DNA from: Vicinamibacteria bacterium
GTDB lineage: Bacteria > Acidobacteriota > Vicinamibacteria > Marinacidobacterales > Marinacidobacteraceae
Length of the DNA stretch: 64,000 bases
Assembly (NCBI GenBank): GCA_963668695.2
Contig: CAXXLQ010000004.1
Location: 2,336,001 to 2,400,000, forward strand
Reading direction: 5' to 3'
Shown: positions 19,625-29,720 of the stretch, piece by piece
Numbering within the stretch: position 1 is the first letter of the stretch
Layout: each line of letters opens with the position of its first letter
The notes under the pieces: generated by a model
Databases searched by the model: none
What the model saw: only the letters and a program-made list of their open reading frames with translations
Told to the model about the DNA's origin: nothing
Program-made: the position numbers and the translations under genes

Positions 19625-20568
19625 GCGAGAGCGGAAGCGGCGGCTGGGGGCCTTCGGCGTCCCTCGCAAACCTCCGGGAGCGCGCCCGGCTGCTGGGGCG
19701 GCTCCGGGGCTTTCTGACCGCCCGCGGTTATCTGGAGGTAGAGACGCCGATCCTCGGGCCTTGTCCCACGCCCGATCGTCATCTCGAGTCGGTTCACGCG
19801 GCTGGCGGCTTCCTCCACACCTCGCCGGAATTCGCGATGAAGCGTCTGCTGGCGGCCGGCAGTGGTCCCATCTTCCAGATCGTGAAGGCGTTTCGCGCCG
19901 GCGAGTCGGGACGGCATCACGCCGTGGAATTCACCATCGCCGAGTGGTACCGCCTCGGCCCGCTCGACGGGTTGCTCACGGAAATGGACCTGTTGCTCGG
20001 AGACCTGCTGGGCACTCCTCGCGCCGAGCGCCGAACCTACCGCGAGCTGTTCCTCGCCGCCGTGGGGGTGGATCCCCTCTCGACGCGGGACGAACGCCTC
20101 CGGACGCTGGCCGAGGCGCACGGCCACCCGGGCCGCCCCGATGATCGAGCCGGCGCTCTCGATTTCCTGTTCTCGCGTCTCGTGGAGCCGGGTCTCGGCG
20201 CTCGCGCCCCGACGATCGTCACCCGGTTCCCCGCCCCGCTGGCGGCGCTCGCCCGACTCACCCCGGACGATCCGCGGACGGCCGAACGCTTCGAGGTCTT
20301 CTGGGGTGGCCTCGAACTCGCGAACGGCTACGACGAGCTTCAGGATCCGCAGGAGCATCGCCGCCGCTTCGCGGCGGAGCAGAGTGCGCGCGCCCGGGCC
20401 GGACGACGCTCTGGAAAAAGCGACGAGCGTCTGCTGGCGGCTCTCGAAGAGGCGGGACTGCCGCGCTGTTCCGGCGTAGCCCTCGGGGTGGACCGGCTCG
20501 TGATGGCGGCGGTCGGGGCTCGGGCGCTGGACGAAGTGATTACGTTTCGGGAGGAGCCGGGTTCGTGA
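19621..20568 (+). CDS. epmA: EF-P lysine (beta-lysine) ligase EpmA/GenX (start approximate)
   Basis: YLEVETP, LHTSPEFAMKRLLA, FRAGESGRHH..EFT, ERFE, ELANGYDEL, SGVALGVDRL; no anticodon-binding domain; adjacent to efp. Confidence 0.92.
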   Translation: MSESGSGGWGPSASLANLRERARLLGRLRGFLTARGYLEVETPILGPCPTPDRHLESVHAAGGFLHTSPEFAMKRLLAAGSGPIFQIVKAFRAGESGRHHAVEFTIAEWYRLGPLDGLLTEMDLLLGDLLGTPRAERRTYRELFLAAVGVDPLSTRDERLRTLAEAHGHPGRPDDRAGALDFLFSRLVEPGLGARAPTIVTRFPAPLAALARLTPDDPRTAERFEVFWGGLELANGYDELQDPQEHRRRFAAEQSARARAGRRSGKSDERLLAALEEAGLPRCSGVALGVDRLVMAAVGARALDEVITFREEPGS

Positions 20569-20638
20569 CCTTGGTGGCTGTCTCCCTTGCCAGCCGCCCG
20601 GTACACTGGCCGGCTCTTTCCGGGAGGAAACTGTCTCG

Positions 20639-23600
20639 ATGAACACTGGAAGACTTCTTCGCATTCCGCTGGCTGCGGTCCTGATCGGACTCGTCGCCGC
20701 CCCCCTCGCCCTGGGGCAAGGCAGCCATCGCGACTACGACGAGCACTTCGACGAAGCGAACGTCACCGTCCCCCCCGAGTACTACGAAGAGATGCGTTTC
20801 CGGGCGGTCGGCTTCACCCGCGGCGGGCGTTCCACCGCGGCGGTGGGGGTGCCGGGCGACCCGCTTACCTACTACTTCGGGGGAACGGGCGCCGGCGTGT
20901 TCAAGACGGCTGACGCCGGGCACAACTGGACGAACGTCAGCGACGGGTTCTTCGGGGTCGGCGCGGTGGGCGCGATCGCCGTGGCACCTTCCGACGTGAA
21001 CGTCGTGTATGTGGGTACGGGCTCCGCATGCCCCCGGGGGAACATCTCGGTGGGCGACGGGATGTACCGCTCGACCGACGCCGGGAAGACCTGGACGCAT
21101 GTCGGCCTCCGGCACGCCGGCCAGATCGGCGCGATCGCCGTCCATCCCGACAATCCGGATGTCGCCTACGCCGCGGCGCTCGGTTACATCTTCGGAACGA
21201 ACGAGGATCGGGGAATCTTCCGCACCAAAGACGGTGGCGCGACCTGGGAGAAGGTCTTCTTCCTGTCCGACCGCACCGGGTTTGTGGACATCCAGATGGA
21301 TCCGAACAATCCCCGCATCCTCTACGCCGGCGCCTGGCGCGCGGAGAGGAAGCCCTGGACCATGATTTCGGGGAGCGAAGACGGCGGCATCTATCGGAGC
21401 AAGGATGGCGGCGACACCTGGGCCAGAGTGGAGGGCGGTCTGCCGTCCGGGATGGTCGGGAAGACGGCCATCGCGATCTCGCCCGCGAACTCGGACCGCA
21501 TCTGGGCGCTCGTCGAGGTGGAAGGCGACGAGGGCGGCCTCTACCGCTCCGACGACGGCGGGGAGAGCTGGAGCCGGATCAACGACGACGCCAACCTGCG
21601 CCAGCGCCCCTGGTACTACATCCACATCTACGCGGATCCGACGGACGAAAACACCATCTACGGCTTGAACGTGGGCTTCCACAAGTCCATTGACGGCGGC
21701 AAGACCTTCCCCGAGCGCATCCGGGTTCCGCACGGCGACAACCACGACCTCTGGATCAATCCGGACAACCCGATGAACATGATCAATGCGAACGACGGCG
21801 GCGCGAACATCTCGTTCGACGGCGGCAAGAGCTGGACCGACCTGATGGGCCAAGAGACTTCCGAGATCTACCGGGTGTTCGTGGACGACCAGTGGCCCTA
21901 CCGGATCTACGGCTCGCAACAGGACAACAGCACGATTTCGGTGCCGTCCCGCGGCGGCTTCGGCGTGGTCCCTGACTGGTACCAGGTTGGTGGCTGCGAG
22001 AGCGGCCACATCGCGGTGGATCCACGCGACCCGGACATCATCTACGCCGGCTGCTACGGGGGTTCCATCTCACGGGTGAACCGCAAGACCGGCGAGTCCC
22101 GGCAGATCCTCCACTACCCGCAGCTCCAGCTCGGGCAGGCGGCCCGCGACCTGAAGTACCGCTTCCAGTGGAACGCGCCGATCCGGCTGTCGCCGCACGA
22201 TCCGGACATCCTCTACCACGCTTCGCAGGTGGTCCACATGTCCCGGGACGAGGGGCAGAGCTGGACGGTGGTGAGCCCCGACCTGACCACCAACGACCCC
22301 GAGCATCAGGACTACTCCGGCGGTCCCATCACCCACGACAGCACCGGCGTCGAGGTCTACAACACCATCTTCGCCTTCGAGGAGTCGCCGCACACCCCGG
22401 GTGAACTCTGGGCGGGGAGCGACGACGGCCGGGTCCACATCTCCCGCGACCGCGGCACGACGTGGACCGAAATCACTCCGGAGGGCATGCCCGCAGGGGG
22501 GACGGTGAATGTCGTCGAGCTGTCGGCGCACGACCCGGCACGGGCCTTCATCGCCGTGTACCGGTATCGGGAAAACGACTTCCGGCCGTACATCTTCCGC
22601 ACCAACAACGCCGGGGAGAGCTGGGATCTGCTTACCGACGGGACCAATGGCATCCCGCCCACGCACACGACGCGGGCGATCCGCGAGGATCCGGACCGCC
22701 AGGGACTGCTCTATGCGGGAACCGAGTTCGGTCTCTATGTCTCGTTCGACGACGGCGCCCACTGGCAACGGTTCCAGAACAACCTCCCGGTCACCCCGGT
22801 AACCGACCTCCGGGTGCACCGGAAGGATCTGGTGGTTTCCACCCAGGGCCGGTCCTTCTGGGTGCTCGACGACCTGAGTCCGCTGCACCAGACGACCGAC
22901 GAGACGATGGCTGCGGAGTCGGTGCTCTACGCGCCCCGGACGGCCTTTCGCGGCGGTTTTGGGGGTGCGGCCCAGATCCAGTACCACCTGAAGAGCGAGC
23001 CTGAATGCGCGATCACTCTGGAAATCTTCGACTCGGAGGGGAGTGCGATCCGGAAGATCACCGGCGAGCCGGGCGCCGCCGCCCCGAGTGGCCCGGTTTC
23101 GCCGTTCGCGGCGTTCTTCGGCGGCGGTGAGGGTGCCCGCCTGCCGGCGGCGGAGGGCCTCAATTCCTTCCGCTGGAATCTCCGCGGCGAGGGTATCCAG
23201 CGCCCGGCCGGCGTCGTCCACTGGGGAGGCACTCCGGGGCTTCCAGTGCTGCCTGGCGCCTACGAGGTCCGGCTTACGGTCGGCGAGGAAACACATTCCC
23301 AGCCGCTCGAGGTGGCGATCAACCCGAACCTCGCGTCCACCGCCGATGATCTGGCGAAGCAGCGGGAACTGGGCGAAACCGTCGCCGGCGAACTGGAGAA
23401 ACTCTTCGGCGCGCTGAACCGGCTCCGCGACGTCAAGTCCCAGGCGGGTGACATCGTGGGACGGCTCCTCAAGGCAGGGAAGGCCGACGAGGAACTCGGG
23501 AATCTCAGCAAGGCGCTCACCGACCGACTGACCGAGATCGAGGAGACGATCACCCAGACGAACAGCAAGTCGTCGCAGGACCCGATCAACTTCCCGCCGC

Positions 23601-23821
23601 AGATCGACAACCAGTTGGTCACGCTCTACGGCTACATCGTGCAGGCCGACTACGAGCCGACCGCGGGCGCCTACCAGCGCTTCGACGATCTGAAGCCCGA
23701 ACTCGACGCCATCCACGCCAACTTCGAAGCCGCGATGACGGAGCACCTGACTCCGTTCAATGAGCGGGTGGCCTCCCTCGGCGTCCCGGCGGTCCTGGTC
23801 GCCACGGAGGAGAACGAGTAA
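20639..23821 (+). CDS. Secreted VPS10/BNR (Asp-box) beta-propeller glycosyl hydrolase-like protein
   Basis: Signal peptide; many S-x-D-G-G-x-T-W Asp-boxes; RFQWNAPI; helical C-terminus; 1060 aa. Confidence 0.85.
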   Translation: MNTGRLLRIPLAAVLIGLVAAPLALGQGSHRDYDEHFDEANVTVPPEYYEEMRFRAVGFTRGGRSTAAVGVPGDPLTYYFGGTGAGVFKTADAGHNWTNVSDGFFGVGAVGAIAVAPSDVNVVYVGTGSACPRGNISVGDGMYRSTDAGKTWTHVGLRHAGQIGAIAVHPDNPDVAYAAALGYIFGTNEDRGIFRTKDGGATWEKVFFLSDRTGFVDIQMDPNNPRILYAGAWRAERKPWTMISGSEDGGIYRSKDGGDTWARVEGGLPSGMVGKTAIAISPANSDRIWALVEVEGDEGGLYRSDDGGESWSRINDDANLRQRPWYYIHIYADPTDENTIYGLNVGFHKSIDGGKTFPERIRVPHGDNHDLWINPDNPMNMINANDGGANISFDGGKSWTDLMGQETSEIYRVFVDDQWPYRIYGSQQDNSTISVPSRGGFGVVPDWYQVGGCESGHIAVDPRDPDIIYAGCYGGSISRVNRKTGESRQILHYPQLQLGQAARDLKYRFQWNAPIRLSPHDPDILYHASQVVHMSRDEGQSWTVVSPDLTTNDPEHQDYSGGPITHDSTGVEVYNTIFAFEESPHTPGELWAGSDDGRVHISRDRGTTWTEITPEGMPAGGTVNVVELSAHDPARAFIAVYRYRENDFRPYIFRTNNAGESWDLLTDGTNGIPPTHTTRAIREDPDRQGLLYAGTEFGLYVSFDDGAHWQRFQNNLPVTPVTDLRVHRKDLVVSTQGRSFWVLDDLSPLHQTTDETMAAESVLYAPRTAFRGGFGGAAQIQYHLKSEPECAITLEIFDSEGSAIRKITGEPGAAAPSGPVSPFAAFFGGGEGARLPAAEGLNSFRWNLRGEGIQRPAGVVHWGGTPGLPVLPGAYEVRLTVGEETHSQPLEVAINPNLASTADDLAKQRELGETVAGELEKLFGALNRLRDVKSQAGDIVGRLLKAGKADEELGNLSKALTDRLTEIEETITQTNSKSSQDPINFPPQIDNQLVTLYGYIVQADYEPTAGAYQRFDDLKPELDAIHANFEAAMTEHLTPFNERVASLGVPAVLVATEENE

Positions 23822-23958
23822 CCCCAGCGTGTGGCGCGCAGGCAAGGGACCGCTGGGCAGTTCCCCCGGTGGGGCCCTTCAGACCGGCATCGCCCCGCGT
23901 CAGCGGGGCGATGCCGGGGTCCTTGCGCGCCCGCGTTCGGGTGCGGCGAGGTGACCGC

Positions 23959-24990
23959 TTGATCCTCTCCCGCCGCACTGCGCTTTCGCTGCTCGGGGGC
24001 GTGGCCGCCGCACCGCTAACGGCAGCCCACCGTGCGGATGCCCGGCAGCCGAACCTGATCCGGCCGCCGCGCATCCGTCCCGGCGATGTCTTCGGGCTCG
24101 TGAGCCCGGCCACCGCCGCCTTCGAGACCGACCCGACGGAAATCTTCGCCGATGCCTTCCGGGCGGTCGGGCTGGAACCCCGGCTCGGCCCCAACTACTA
24201 CCGGCGGCGGGGCTATTTCGCGGGAAGCGATGCCGAGCGGGCCGCGGACATCATGGAGTTCTTCGCCGATCCCGAGGTGAAGGGCATCTTCGCCCGCGGC
24301 GGTTGGGGTTCGGCACGGGTGCTCCCCCATCTCGATTACGACCTGATCCGGGCGAATCCCAAGGTGCTCCTCGGCTATAGCGACGCGACGGCGCTGCTCA
24401 CCGGCGTCCACGCGAAGACCGGCCTGGTCGTGATGCACGGCCCCGGCCCCGGAAACGTCTTTTCTACCGACCACTTCCGGCGCACCCTGATGGAAGGGGA
24501 GGCGGGGCTGCTCGAGAACATGGTTCCGGACCCCGGGGACCACATCGTTGCTCGCGAGCATCGGACGCGCACGATCACCGGCGGGAGGGCGAGCGGAGCG
24601 CTCCTGGGCGGGAATCTGACCGTGCTCACCGCGATCATGGGGTCGGAATATCTGCCGGATTTCACCGGGGCCATCCTCTTCCTCGAGGATGTGGATGAGG
24701 CGGTCTACCGGGTGGACCGGATGATGACGACCCTGAAGCTGGCCGGCGTCCTCGACCGGATTGCCGGTCTCATCTTCGGCCGCTGCACCGACTGCGATCC
24801 CGGATCGGGGTTCGGCTCGCTCACCTTGGAGCAGGTGCTCGAGGACCACATCGCTCCCCTCGGTATCCCCGCCTTCCGGGGAAGCATGATCGGCCACATC
24901 CCCGAGCAGTTCACCCTGCCCATCGGTGGCCGCGCCGAAATGGATGCGGACCGAGGGACGATCCGTTTGCTGGAACCGGCCGTCCGGTAG
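23959..24990 (+). CDS. LD-carboxypeptidase (S66 family), Tat-exported
   Basis: SRRTALSLLG Tat motif; ARGGWG, GYSDAT, GGNL, FLEDVDE, GHIPEQFTLPIG. Confidence 0.9.
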   Translation: MILSRRTALSLLGGVAAAPLTAAHRADARQPNLIRPPRIRPGDVFGLVSPATAAFETDPTEIFADAFRAVGLEPRLGPNYYRRRGYFAGSDAERAADIMEFFADPEVKGIFARGGWGSARVLPHLDYDLIRANPKVLLGYSDATALLTGVHAKTGLVVMHGPGPGNVFSTDHFRRTLMEGEAGLLENMVPDPGDHIVAREHRTRTITGGRASGALLGGNLTVLTAIMGSEYLPDFTGAILFLEDVDEAVYRVDRMMTTLKLAGVLDRIAGLIFGRCTDCDPGSGFGSLTLEQVLEDHIAPLGIPAFRGSMIGHIPEQFTLPIGGRAEMDADRGTIRLLEPAVR

Positions 24991-25090
24991 ACCGCGATCC
25001 GGTGCTGCCGGGGCATGGGGTGGGCGTGCGGGTCGGAGGATCTTGAAGCCTGCGGGCCACCATCCCCTCCGGGTGGCCACTGATTCATAG

Positions 25091-25113
25091 ATCGAAATAA
25101 CTAGTGTTATAGT
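25091..25113 (+). promoter_or_regulatory. Putative ars promoter/operator
   Basis: AT-rich imperfect palindrome ATAAC-TAGT-GTTAT (25097-25110) overlapping TGtTATAGT (-10) upstream of arsR. Confidence 0.5.
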
Positions 25114-25123
25114 CATTTTGGTC

Positions 25124-25522
25124 ATGGCAACAACCGAACCCATAACCGAGGAACTGGCGGCGGCAGCTCTGGCCGCGTTGGGGAATCCAACCCGGCTGCG
25201 GCTCTACCGGCTGTTGGTCCGGGCCGGGCCGTCCGGAGTCCCGGTGGGGGAACTCGTCGGCAGGCTCAAAACGCCGGCCTCGACCCTCGCCCACCACCTC
25301 GCCTGTCTGACCCGGGCGGGTCTCGTCGAGCAGGAGCAACGTGGCCGCGAGGTGCGGTCCCACCCCGACTTTGCCGCCATGACCCGACTGATGAACTTTC
25401 TTACCGCCGAATGCTGCGTGGGAATTGGTTCTCCCGAAATCGCTACGGCCCAACCCACGGAGAATGCTTGTGTCCCGACTTCAACTTGCCCTGAATGTGA
25501 CGAATCTGGAGAAGGCGATTGA
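25124..25522 (+). CDS. arsR: ArsR/SmtB family regulator (C-terminal CC type)
   Basis: ALGNPTRLRLYRLLVRAG, STLAHHL, FLTAECC. Confidence 0.88.
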   Translation: MATTEPITEELAAAALAALGNPTRLRLYRLLVRAGPSGVPVGELVGRLKTPASTLAHHLACLTRAGLVEQEQRGREVRSHPDFAAMTRLMNFLTAECCVGIGSPEIATAQPTENACVPTSTCPECDESGEGD

Positions 25523-25910
25523 CTTCTATTCGCGGATGTTCGCGACCCCGCCGGCGAAGGTGAAACCCGGTTACGCGAACTTCGCCATCGCCGACCCACC
25601 GCTAAAGCTCGTGCTTTTCGAGGGCCCGGAGGGGGCGACGATCAACCATCTCGGCGTGGAGGTCGAGGCGGCCCGCCAGGTACGGGCGGCCGAGGGGCGC
25701 CTGCGGGAGTCGGGGCTCGATACGACGGGAGTGGATGACACCGTCTGCTGCTACGCGGAGAAGACCGAGACCTGGGTCACCGATCCCGATGGCGCCCGCT
25801 GGGAGTGGTACGTGAAGTCGGGCGACGCGGAGCAGCTTCAGAACGTGGTGATCTCGACGGACGGGTCGAAAATGAGGACAGAGGGCACGGAAGGGACCTG
25901 CTGTACCTGA
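25470..25910 (+). CDS. arsI: ArsI/CadI family VOC (glyoxalase-like) protein, putative C-As lyase
   Basis: MSRLQLALNV, PAKVKPGYANFAIADPPLKLVL, NHLGVEV, CCYA, DPDGARWEWY, terminal CC. Confidence 0.85.
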   Translation: MSRLQLALNVTNLEKAIDFYSRMFATPPAKVKPGYANFAIADPPLKLVLFEGPEGATINHLGVEVEAARQVRAAEGRLRESGLDTTGVDDTVCCYAEKTETWVTDPDGARWEWYVKSGDAEQLQNVVISTDGSKMRTEGTEGTCCT

Positions 25911-26362
25911 ACGGCGGGCGCCGTTAGGGTGGTCCGCTGAGCACGTTTCGCCCGCCTCCGGCGGGCGGTGCCGGTGTGAACATCGGCGTTCCCTCGCCGT
26001 CGCGCGCTCGACGATGATCGGTCGTATGCGTTCTTCACTGGGCTTCGCCCAGCGGTGCCGGCCCCCACCGGGAGAAACCCTCATGATCGGGTCTTCCTGC
26101 ACACCCTCGCCCGTCATGGAAAAGACGCGGCGCGGGTAGCGGGAGCGGCGAGCGGTCGCGCCCTCCGGGACTCGAAGGTGGTGCGGGCCTCACGTTGGCA
26201 TGGCGCAGCGTCATCGGCGCTGGTTTCGCGCTCCCGCGCGATGCCGGTCGGAGACCGGCCCAGTTCTCCCGGTGGGGGCCCGCTGTCGCGCGTCGTCGGG
26301 CGGGTTGGTGCGGCCCTCTCCCTCTGATGCGCCGTCCCGTCAGCCCTGCCGGACCTGCGCCC

Positions 26363-27781
26363 TCAAATCGATTTCGACGCGGTGCGAGTTTTCGTGAGGG
26401 AGCAGGCTTGGGACGCGGGTTTCGCCGGGTGCGCCCTGATCCCGGGCAGGCGTTCCAATAGCACGAGGGAGACGGCTTCCCAGTCCTGCTCGCTGCGGGC
26501 ACGCCAACGATCCGCACCACGTCGGTGAGCCCGGCGTCCAGCGACTGGAGCGCCCCCTCTGCCCGGTCGAGGGCGAAATGGGTCTGCGCCCGAACATCGT
26601 CGCCACCCATGACCCGGCCACGATGGGTGGGGATCACTCCGGTGATCCGGATGCGGTCCCCAGTGCGGACCGCCTCCCCGAATCCGGCCTCCGGCCGCCA
26701 ACTCCAGTCCCCGCGCCGTTCGCCGCGCCGCGTAAGGCGCCGGGAAATGGGTCACGTGGTGGTGCAGATCCCCCGAGGCGGTGAGGTAGGGGGGACGCCG
26801 GTATTCGTCGCCGCAGTCTCCCGGGATGGGGTCGAGACCAGCCTGAACCTCGGTCAGCTCCGCCAGCGAACGTTCGTCGAGGGAGAAATCGAAGAGGCGC
26901 AGGTTGTCCTCCAGATGGCTCCGTTCTCCGGGCCTGGCCCCCACGATCACCCCGGCCACCCCGGGTTGTTCCAGCACGTAGCGGGCGGCGACATTCGCGA
27001 CGGACACCCCGTAGCGGTCCGCGACCCGCCGGGCGGCGCGCAGCACCCCCTGGAAGCGCTCCCAACCGCCGGCTTCCTCGATGAAGCGGCGGTACTTCAT
27101 CTGCGACCAGGTGAGCGACTCGGAGATCGGCGGCGCCGGGGCCCCGAGCCAGCGGTCACTCAGGAGCCCTCCGGCCAAGGTCCCATAGACGATGAGCCGA
27201 ACCCCATGCGTCCGGCAAACGTCCGTCATGCGCCCCGCCGGCCGGCGGTCGAGCAGCGAGTAACAGACCTGGTTCGAGACGATGGGGATACCGCTGCGGA
27301 GCGCCAGGTCGAGATGCACGGCATCGAAGTTTGTGACTCCGAGGTGCTGGATCCTCCCGGCAGCCTGTATTGCCATCAGGTGAAACAGGCAGTCCCACCA
27401 ACCGGGGTCGGGATAGCTCCAGGCGTGGAACTGAAGCAGATCGAGCCGATCGGTCCCGATGCGGTCGAGCGAGCGACGGATCGCGGTCTGGACCTCCTGC
27501 CGCGATGCAACTCCAGGTTCGGGCACCCACTTCGTGAGTACCTGGACCTCCGGGTGCCGTTTGCGGAGCGAACCGGCAATGAGCTCCGCGGAGCCGTAGT
27601 GATCGGCCACATCGAAGGTGGTGAACCCGGCGTCCACCGCCGGTTCGAGCGCCCGCGCCGCTCCTGCGCTCTCGAGCGAAACCCCGTCCCGCTCCTGGTC
27701 GGCGACCTGCCAGAGCCCGGTCAGCACGCGGCAAACCTCGAGCCCCGGTCCAAGCCGGGTCCGTTCCACCGGCCGGCTCAC
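26363..27781 (-). CDS. Aldo/keto reductase with a frameshifted C-terminal RidA-like domain
   Basis: TFDVADHYG, DLLQFHAW, LGVTNFD, SNQVCYSLLDRR; RidA-like pieces spread over three frames at 26340-26700. Confidence 0.8.
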   Translation of the reverse strand: MSRPVERTRLGPGLEVCRVLTGLWQVADQERDGVSLESAGAARALEPAVDAGFTTFDVADHYGSAELIAGSLRKRHPEVQVLTKWVPEPGVASRQEVQTAIRRSLDRIGTDRLDLLQFHAWSYPDPGWWDCLFHLMAIQAAGRIQHLGVTNFDAVHLDLALRSGIPIVSNQVCYSLLDRRPAGRMTDVCRTHGVRLIVYGTLAGGLLSDRWLGAPAPPISESLTWSQMKYRRFIEEAGGWERFQGVLRAARRVADRYGVSVANVAARYVLEQPGVAGVIVGARPGERSHLEDNLRLFDFSLDERSLAELTEVQAGLDPIPGDCGDEYRRPPYLTASGDLHHHVTHFPAPYAARRTARGLELAAGGRIRGGGPHWGPHPDHRSDPHPSWPGHGWRRCSGADPFRPRPGRGGAPVAGRRAHRRGADRWRARSEQDWEAVSLVLLERLPGIRAHPAKPASQACSLTKTRTASKSI

Positions 27782-29283
27782 CCGGGCGGCAGTTCCCGGA
27801 AGAGGCGCTCGGTGTCCACCCCGGCCCGCCGGAGCCGCGCCATCTCGCGCAGGTAGATCAGCGAGGCCACTCCCATCACCAGCACCCACAGCCAGGTCGA
27901 GTGGAAGTACCAGGCGGCGGTTTCGGTGGACAGATCCTTGACGATATGGAGGACGAGGAAGAGCCCCAGGATCATCGCTCCCCCGCCACCGACGAGGCGC
28001 TGTGCGGTCCGTCCCAGCACCTTCACCTCACGGGCGAGCCCCGGGTTGCGGCGCGGCAGGGTCACCAGCGAGAGACAGATGAGCCCGAAGTTCACGAGCA
28101 TCGAGGTGACGAGGATGTCGATCCCCAGAAAGAAGTCGCCCGCGAGGTGGCTCCCGAGGATGCCCACCGTGGCCATCACCCCACTCAGCAGGATCGCGAT
28201 CCAAGGGGTGTGAAAGCGCTGGTGGACCGCAGCCACTCCCTTCGGGAAGATGCCGTCCTCCGCCCAGGCGAACATCATGCGGGAGACGGCGAGCAGCATT
28301 GCCGGGAGGTCGTTGATGAGGGCGACGGCAGCCCCGGCCAGGATCGCCGCGGTGCCCGCGGCCGGGAGCAGATAGCCGAGAAGTCCGGGCGCGGTCACGT
28401 CGCGCAGCGCCGCCTCTTCGGCGATGAAGCTCCACGGCACCGCGTGGTACATCGCGGCGGTGAACAGGAAGTAGAAGCCGCCGACCGAGGCGATCGCGAT
28501 TCCGATGGCCAGGGGTATGTTGCGGCTGGGGTTTTTCGCCTCGCCACCGGCCTGAGCGATGGAATCGAAACCGATGAAGGTAGAAAAGAGCACGACGGCC
28601 GCCGCCACGAACGGGACAAGTTGCCATGGAGTTGTGGCTGTCTCCGGAACGGACCGGCCTTCAGTCGCCATGAGCGCCGCGGCGAAGTCCCCGTGATCGA
28701 AGGCGAAGCCGCTGACGATGACCACCCCGCCCAGCACGAACATCAGGAACATCATGGGGACCAGGGTGCGTTCGTAGAGCTTCAGGCCGCGCAAATTGAC
28801 CAGCACGAAGGTCCAGAGGAAGGCGATCGAGATGCCCACGCGTACCGGCCCCCGCTCGAGCGCCGCGGCGATCCCCGGGAAGGAGAGCGCCCCAGCGATG
28901 TCGCGCAGGAAGGGGACCAGCAGATAGGACACCACCCCGATCGCGATCGAGAGGCCGAACCACTGCGAGAAGCTGGCGATGAAGCCCCACCAGGGACTCA
29001 GCGCCCGGCTCGCGTACACGTAGCTGCCTCCCGCCCGGGGCATCGCCGATCCCAGACTGGCATACGCGAGCGCCGCGAGGACCGCGGGCACCGCCGCCAA
29101 GACATAGGCCGGCAGGACGTAGGGGCCGATTTCCGGGAGGCCCCTCAGCAGCATGAAGGGCATCACGTTGATCGCGGCGCCCAGCATCGAGCAGATCCCG
29201 GTCGCGGCCAGACCCATGAGGCCGAGATTCCGGGCGAGCCCCGCGCCGGAGCCGGGATTCCGGGCGCCGGGGGGCGAAATCAT
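27778..29283 (-). CDS. APC family amino acid permease
   Basis: About 12 TM helices; AMPRAGGSYVYASRAL, FIGFDSIAQAGGEAKNP; GTGA overlap with the reductase. Confidence 0.92.
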   Translation of the reverse strand: MISPPGARNPGSGAGLARNLGLMGLAATGICSMLGAAINVMPFMLLRGLPEIGPYVLPAYVLAAVPAVLAALAYASLGSAMPRAGGSYVYASRALSPWWGFIASFSQWFGLSIAIGVVSYLLVPFLRDIAGALSFPGIAAALERGPVRVGISIAFLWTFVLVNLRGLKLYERTLVPMMFLMFVLGGVVIVSGFAFDHGDFAAALMATEGRSVPETATTPWQLVPFVAAAVVLFSTFIGFDSIAQAGGEAKNPSRNIPLAIGIAIASVGGFYFLFTAAMYHAVPWSFIAEEAALRDVTAPGLLGYLLPAAGTAAILAGAAVALINDLPAMLLAVSRMMFAWAEDGIFPKGVAAVHQRFHTPWIAILLSGVMATVGILGSHLAGDFFLGIDILVTSMLVNFGLICLSLVTLPRRNPGLAREVKVLGRTAQRLVGGGGAMILGLFLVLHIVKDLSTETAAWYFHSTWLWVLVMGVASLIYLREMARLRRAGVDTERLFRELPPG

Positions 29284-29462
29284 GTGCGCACCTTATCGGT
29301 TGGTACACCGGACGAGCGCGCGGTGGCGCCCGATTCGGCGTGGACGTGAACCGCGAAGCAGTGAGCAGTGCCGGGTCGGGAAGTCAGAAAAAGGGCCATA
29401 TCGTGCGGAATATCTGATTTTCAGCAAATACGCTAAGCTGTCTCACACGCACGCTCAGGAGG

Positions 29463-29720
29463 TTGAAGGTGGCGCTGACGCTCGTTGTTTCCGACCGTGG
29501 CCAAATCACACTGCCCGCCCGGGTTCGCAAGCGAATGGGGATCAAGGGTGGGGACGTGATGATTCTGGAGGAACGCAACGACGAACTCGTCTTGAGACCT
29601 GGAATCGTCCTCGAGTACGAGTTCTACAGTGACGAACAGATCGCCGAGTGGGACGCTGCCGACACCCTGGGCGATCAAGAGCGGGAGCGCCTTCTTGAGG
29701 CTGTCGCGCGTCTGAAGTGA
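29463..29720 (+). CDS. AbrB/MazE family antitoxin (VapB-like)
   Basis: VSDRGQITLPARVRKRMGIKGGD motif; coupled to a PIN gene. Confidence 0.88.
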   Translation: MKVALTLVVSDRGQITLPARVRKRMGIKGGDVMILEERNDELVLRPGIVLEYEFYSDEQIAEWDAADTLGDQERERLLEAVARLK

